The notes beneath the pieces were generated by a model that made no database searches, was not told where the DNA came from, and was given only the letters and a program-made list of their open reading frames with translations. Shown piece by piece: positions 61,401-64,000 of a stretch of 64,000 nucleotides of DNA; position 1 is the first letter of the stretch, and every line of letters starts with the position of its first letter. The position numbers were made by a program, and so were the translations under genes. This stretch comes from Butyricimonas faecihominis (GTDB taxonomy: Bacteria > Bacteroidota > Bacteroidia > Bacteroidales > Marinifilaceae): positions 561,880-625,879 of the forward strand of contig NZ_AP028155.1 of the NCBI RefSeq assembly GCF_033096445.1, in the 5' to 3' direction.

Positions 61401-61550
61401 GTCGTCTTCGAAACCTTGAAATCCTTGCGGGCCGAGAACCGGGTGGTCGGGCTGATCTCTCATGTCGAGGAAATGCAGCAGGAGGTTCCGGCGTGTTTAT
61501 TCGTGGAGAACACGGTGGAGAGGGGGAGCGTGGTGATAATTGAAAATTGA
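58476..61550 (+). CDS. sbcC: Exonuclease SbcCD, ATPase subunit C (SMC-like)
   Basis: Walker A GPVGSGKST. Long coiled coils. Zinc hook EPCPLCGALSHP. Signature LSGGQVFQASLSLALAL. Walker B FFFLDEGFGSLD. 1024 aa. Confidence 0.9.
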   Translation: MLPVKLTLEGIYSYRERQTIDFTRLTEARLFGIFGPVGSGKSTILEAMIYAIYGTIDRLNNDVKYNVMNLQSDRLFVDFEFRAGEDGRLYRATVECRRNKKRFADVSSPKYLYHVWEGDEWLPCMREEVVGAIGLTAQNFKRVVIIPQGKFQEFLMLRDKERTDMMMELFGELRRYDLGGRVAYLEGETTRRVIDLRGQLTGLGEVSGEQLAERKQRYAALQEEIAGVKKEIHEGQEQMERGKKVKQLTDERVARQEEERKLLEQREAMAGLQARMDEYERCLQQFQQPLSRHDETGRRLAESARVLSGYREQLTAKQAELTRFSGQFSQLKQAYEGRDVLKERAGQLERLLHLRAISKEQDELKERHRKGEEIVVATRREIEVLQEQLREQKERLEQLNQSIPDMKMLSDIREWYNIQQHLREELTRWQEELAGVDKEIAREEGEVRMVQEQYPAFGTLQAMTREALQEACRERQEQLAATVQKMREEWLHLSTRQRLVDFARELSEGEPCPLCGALSHPAPLHVTEVEGELKEKADRVAGLEEEGKMLERMMSRLAVIGERLRSAGERKEQIIRQQAVVRERLREHLTRFAWEGFTPDNMQYLTDEMNRVALLNKEKGEREMVRGNTEKSIEQKRVNLEKYVARLDEISREIVQRDSQTGLLREQQAGFDGKEYEGLPDTEVGKELEGCRQRFDQVGLDYQRDAARLQVIEADFRKWEGSVEEKSKEVTRLQQELEEEVQELERLLKDSAYPDLAAVREVLAGKLDLPGVRGEINRYREQVHAVQVRKAELEVLLAGVSYNEEEHVALCQRVEAALVREREMLAEQGALGNQIKDMETRVAAREKIGRELEGLELRLTNLQMLKGLFRGNDFVKFVSSIYLQNLCNAANERFYRMTRQRLKLELSEENDFVVRDFMNEGRVRSARTLSGGQVFQASLSLALALTDNIRHLTGSSQNFFFLDEGFGSLDRESLSVVFETLKSLRAENRVVGLISHVEEMQQEVPACLFVENTVERGSVVIIEN

Positions 61551-61753
61551 AAATGGAGAATTGAAAATGAGAACTCCTCCGCCCTCCGGGCACCTCCTCT
61601 ATAAACAGAGGAGGAGTTTAGTTACTCTTCAATCTCAAGATGGTATTTTTAACTCTCCCTCTGTTTATAGAGGGAGTACGGCGTAGCCGGGAGGGAGTTT
61701 AATCTAAAATCATAAATCAAGAAATTAGTTGAATCTAAAATTTAAAATCTAAA
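61540..61753. repeat. Composite intergenic repeat element, copy 4: AATTGAAAAT arm, GC palindromic core, AATCTAAAAT arm
   Basis: AATTGAAAATTGAAAATGGAGAATTGAAAATGAGAAC, then TCCTCCG ... CCTCCTCTATAAACAGAGGAGG ... CTCCCTCTGTTTATAGAGGGAG ... GGAGGGAG, then TTTAATCTAAAATCATAAATC ... GAATCTAAAATTTAAAATCTAAAATG. Its first 11 nt overlap the sbcC 3' end. Confidence 0.8.
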
Positions 61754-62245
61754 ATGGTAAAGGTCGGTTTGTTATCAGATACTCACGGGTGGTTGGACCC
61801 GAAGATCGTGGAGTTTTTCAAGGATTGTAACGAGGTGTGGCATTGCGGGGATATCGGGGACGTGGCGATCACGGATGCACTGGCGAAACGGTTCACGTTA
61901 CACGCTGTGTACGGGAATATTGACGGGGGTATATTACGCCGGATATTCCCGGAAAAAGAGGTGTTTTATTGCGAGAACGTGAAAGTGGTCATCACTCATA
62001 TCGGAGGTTACCCGGGGCATTATGACCGGAAGATCGCGGAGACGTTACGGCGGGAACGCCCGCAACTTTTCGTGTGCGGTCACTCGCATATCGCAAAAGT
62101 GAAGTATGATCAGGCATTGGGATGCTTGCATATCAATCCGGGGGCAGCCGGGAAATTCGGGTTCCACACGGTACGGACTGCGGCCCGTTTCGAGATTAAC
62201 GGGGAACGGATTGAAAACCTTGAATTGATCGAGTTGGAAAAATAA
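61754..62245 (+). CDS. YfcE/MJ0936-like metallophosphoesterase
   Basis: MVKVGLLSDTHG ... CGDIGD ... GNIDG ... CGHSH phosphoesterase motifs. 163 aa. Confidence 0.8.
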   Translation: MVKVGLLSDTHGWLDPKIVEFFKDCNEVWHCGDIGDVAITDALAKRFTLHAVYGNIDGGILRRIFPEKEVFYCENVKVVITHIGGYPGHYDRKIAETLRRERPQLFVCGHSHIAKVKYDQALGCLHINPGAAGKFGFHTVRTAARFEINGERIENLELIELEK

Positions 62246-62343
62246 ATAATTTAAGAGTCTGTTAGGACATTTAATGCTTTCTGTTTGTTACATTTGTGCA
62301 AATTACACGTAGAATAGGAAGAACATAAAGTATATAATAAAGT

Positions 62344-63933
62344 ATGAAAAGAGTATTACTATCGGCGGTTGCATTGCTAATCGCCTGTTTGAGCTGGGAA
62401 AATGCTGACGCACAACGGAAACCCCGTGAGGTGCAGGAACAAGCGATTAAGTACCAGCGATTAATGCAAATGATTGATGCCGCTTACGTGGATACCGTGA
62501 ACCTGAAAAAATTGACGGAAGATGCCATCGTGAAGGTACTGGCGGATCTGGACCCGCATTCCGTGTATATTTCCAAAGAAGAGGTTGAAGAGGCGAATGA
62601 ACCGCTGGACGGGGGCTTTTTCGGGATCGGGATTCAGTTTAACGTGCTTAACGATACGTTGCTGGTCGTGGATGTGGTTGCCGGGGGACCTTCCGAGAAG
62701 GTGGGCTTGCTGGCCGGAGACCGGATTATTGCCGTTGATGGGGAGAATATCGCCGGAATCGGGATTAGCAACACGGACGTGCGGAAACGGCTGAAAGGAG
62801 AGAAAGGGTCTATCGTGAAGGTGAAAGTGAAGAGAGGCGGTGAGATCATTGATTTCAATATCACACGTGACATGATTCCGATTTATAGCGTTGATGCCTC
62901 TTACATGATCGATAAGAATATCGGATATATCAAGATTGCCCGTTTTGCCGCCACCACGGTGGAAGAGTTTGAAAAGGCCGTGACCGAATTGAAAGCGCAG
63001 GGTATGAAAGACCTGATTATCGACCTGCAAGGAAACGGGGGCGGTTACATGGGTGCCGCTATCGGTTTGGCCGATCATTTGCTTGACGGGGAGAAGTTGA
63101 TCGTGTACACGGATAGTCCCGCTTTCGGGCGTATGGGCGAGTCGTCCACACCGGCCGGGTTGTTCCAAGACGGCCGGGTAGTCGTGTTGATTGACGGGAA
63201 CTCGGCCTCAGCCAGCGAGATCGTGTCGGGAGCGGTGCAGGATTGGGACCGCGGGTTGATCGTGGGACGTCGTTCTTTCGGTAAGGGACTTGTGCAACGG
63301 CAATTCCCGTTGACGGACGGTTCAATGGTTCGTCTGACGGTGTCGCATTACTTCACGCCGTCGGGGCGGTGCATCCAGAAACCTTACAAGGGGAAGGATT
63401 ATCAGGCCGAAGTGTTCGAACGATATAACAATGGAGAGATGTTTAGTGCCGATAGTATCGAGTTGACGGATTCCACGAAATATTACACGAAGAAGGATCA
63501 TCGTCTGGTTTACGGTGGGGGTGGTATTATTCCCGACGTGTTTGTACCGATTGACACGGGGATCAATTACAGCTACTTTAATCGTTTGCTGGCAAAGGGC
63601 GTGATCAATGAATATGTGTTGAATTACGTGGATAAGAACCGGGAATCGCTTAAAAAGAAATACCCGAAGTTCGAGATGTTCCAGAAGAATTTTCAGGTAA
63701 CAAGTGATATGATTGATGAGATCGTGAAAAACGGCGAGAAGCAAGGCGTGAAGAAGGACGAGAAACTTTTCACCCCGATCGTGCCGGAAATCAAGTTGTT
63801 CGTGAAGTCACTAATCGCCCGTGATCTTTGGAATATGAACGAGTTGTACCGAATCTCTAACGAGGAGAACAAGATACTGAAAGCTGCCGTGAAGGCATTG
63901 CATGACGGGACGTATGGGAAGATTATCAAGTAA
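62344..63933 (+). CDS. ctp: S41-family C-terminal processing peptidase (PDZ plus S41)
   Basis: Signal peptide. PDZ domain (GDRIIAVDGENIAG). S41 catalytic region LIIDLQGNGGGY ... and Ser/Lys dyad context. 529 aa. Confidence 0.85.
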   Translation: MKRVLLSAVALLIACLSWENADAQRKPREVQEQAIKYQRLMQMIDAAYVDTVNLKKLTEDAIVKVLADLDPHSVYISKEEVEEANEPLDGGFFGIGIQFNVLNDTLLVVDVVAGGPSEKVGLLAGDRIIAVDGENIAGIGISNTDVRKRLKGEKGSIVKVKVKRGGEIIDFNITRDMIPIYSVDASYMIDKNIGYIKIARFAATTVEEFEKAVTELKAQGMKDLIIDLQGNGGGYMGAAIGLADHLLDGEKLIVYTDSPAFGRMGESSTPAGLFQDGRVVVLIDGNSASASEIVSGAVQDWDRGLIVGRRSFGKGLVQRQFPLTDGSMVRLTVSHYFTPSGRCIQKPYKGKDYQAEVFERYNNGEMFSADSIELTDSTKYYTKKDHRLVYGGGGIIPDVFVPIDTGINYSYFNRLLAKGVINEYVLNYVDKNRESLKKKYPKFEMFQKNFQVTSDMIDEIVKNGEKQGVKKDEKLFTPIVPEIKLFVKSLIARDLWNMNELYRISNEENKILKAAVKALHDGTYGKIIK

Positions 63934-63949
63934 CGGGACGTTACTTGAT

Positions 63950-64000
63950 AAGTTGCAGGTTACAGGTTGGCAGGTTACAGGTTTCGGGGATTTGAATATT
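63950..64000. repeat. CAGGTTACAGGTTG tandem repeat (GTTGCAGGTTACAGGTTGGCAGGTTACAGGTTTCGGGG), second locus of the family
   Basis: Direct reading. Inverted copy at 36420-36470. Confidence 0.7.

Overview
This is a 64 kb chromosomal segment that looks Bacteroidota/Bacteroidales-like. Evidence: TAnnTTTG-type -7 promoter boxes, lipoprotein glycoside hydrolases, MacB/FtsX-TolC-HlyD efflux, ATGA start/stop overlaps, and almost no Shine-Dalgarno sequences. Most of the window is housekeeping. It holds secA (3' part), lgt, sdaA, pgi, holA, rnpB RNA, tRNA-Thr, prfC, nfo, sbcCD and ctp. It also holds a TPP-riboswitch-controlled thiS-thiC-thiE/D-thiG-thiH(-thiF) operon. Accessory content is as follows. (1) A sensor kinase/response regulator pair sits next to two tandem, mutually paralogous 213-aa proteins of unknown function, and is divergent from a MacB-type ABC efflux locus. 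That locus has one ATPase, two duplicated FtsX permease pairs, a 48-codon in-frame permease remnant, TolC and HlyD. (2) A small AT-rich serine recombinase gene is inserted between thiH and thiF. (3) A very GC-rich 240-aa ORF is preceded by an iteron-like 11-bp tandem array enclosed in a 12-bp inverted repeat. (4) A 1.2 kb AT-rich islet encodes an HExxH lipoprotein and a secreted partner. (5) There are GH20 and GH2 lipoproteins, a 939-aa outer-membrane barrel protein, a BlaI/BlaR1 pair, and a YqiJ-like/flotillin pair. The most striking non-coding signal is a recurrent composite intergenic repeat: an AATTGAAAAT-type tandem arm, a GC-rich nested palindromic core, and an AATCTAAAAT-type tandem arm. 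It is present at least 4 times. One copy lies inside the thiS leader between the TPP aptamer and the start codon, one lies inside the thi operon, and one lies immediately upstream of rnpB. No CRISPR array, rRNA or intact IS/transposon was found. All calls come from reading the sequence and ORF translations. No database searches were run.
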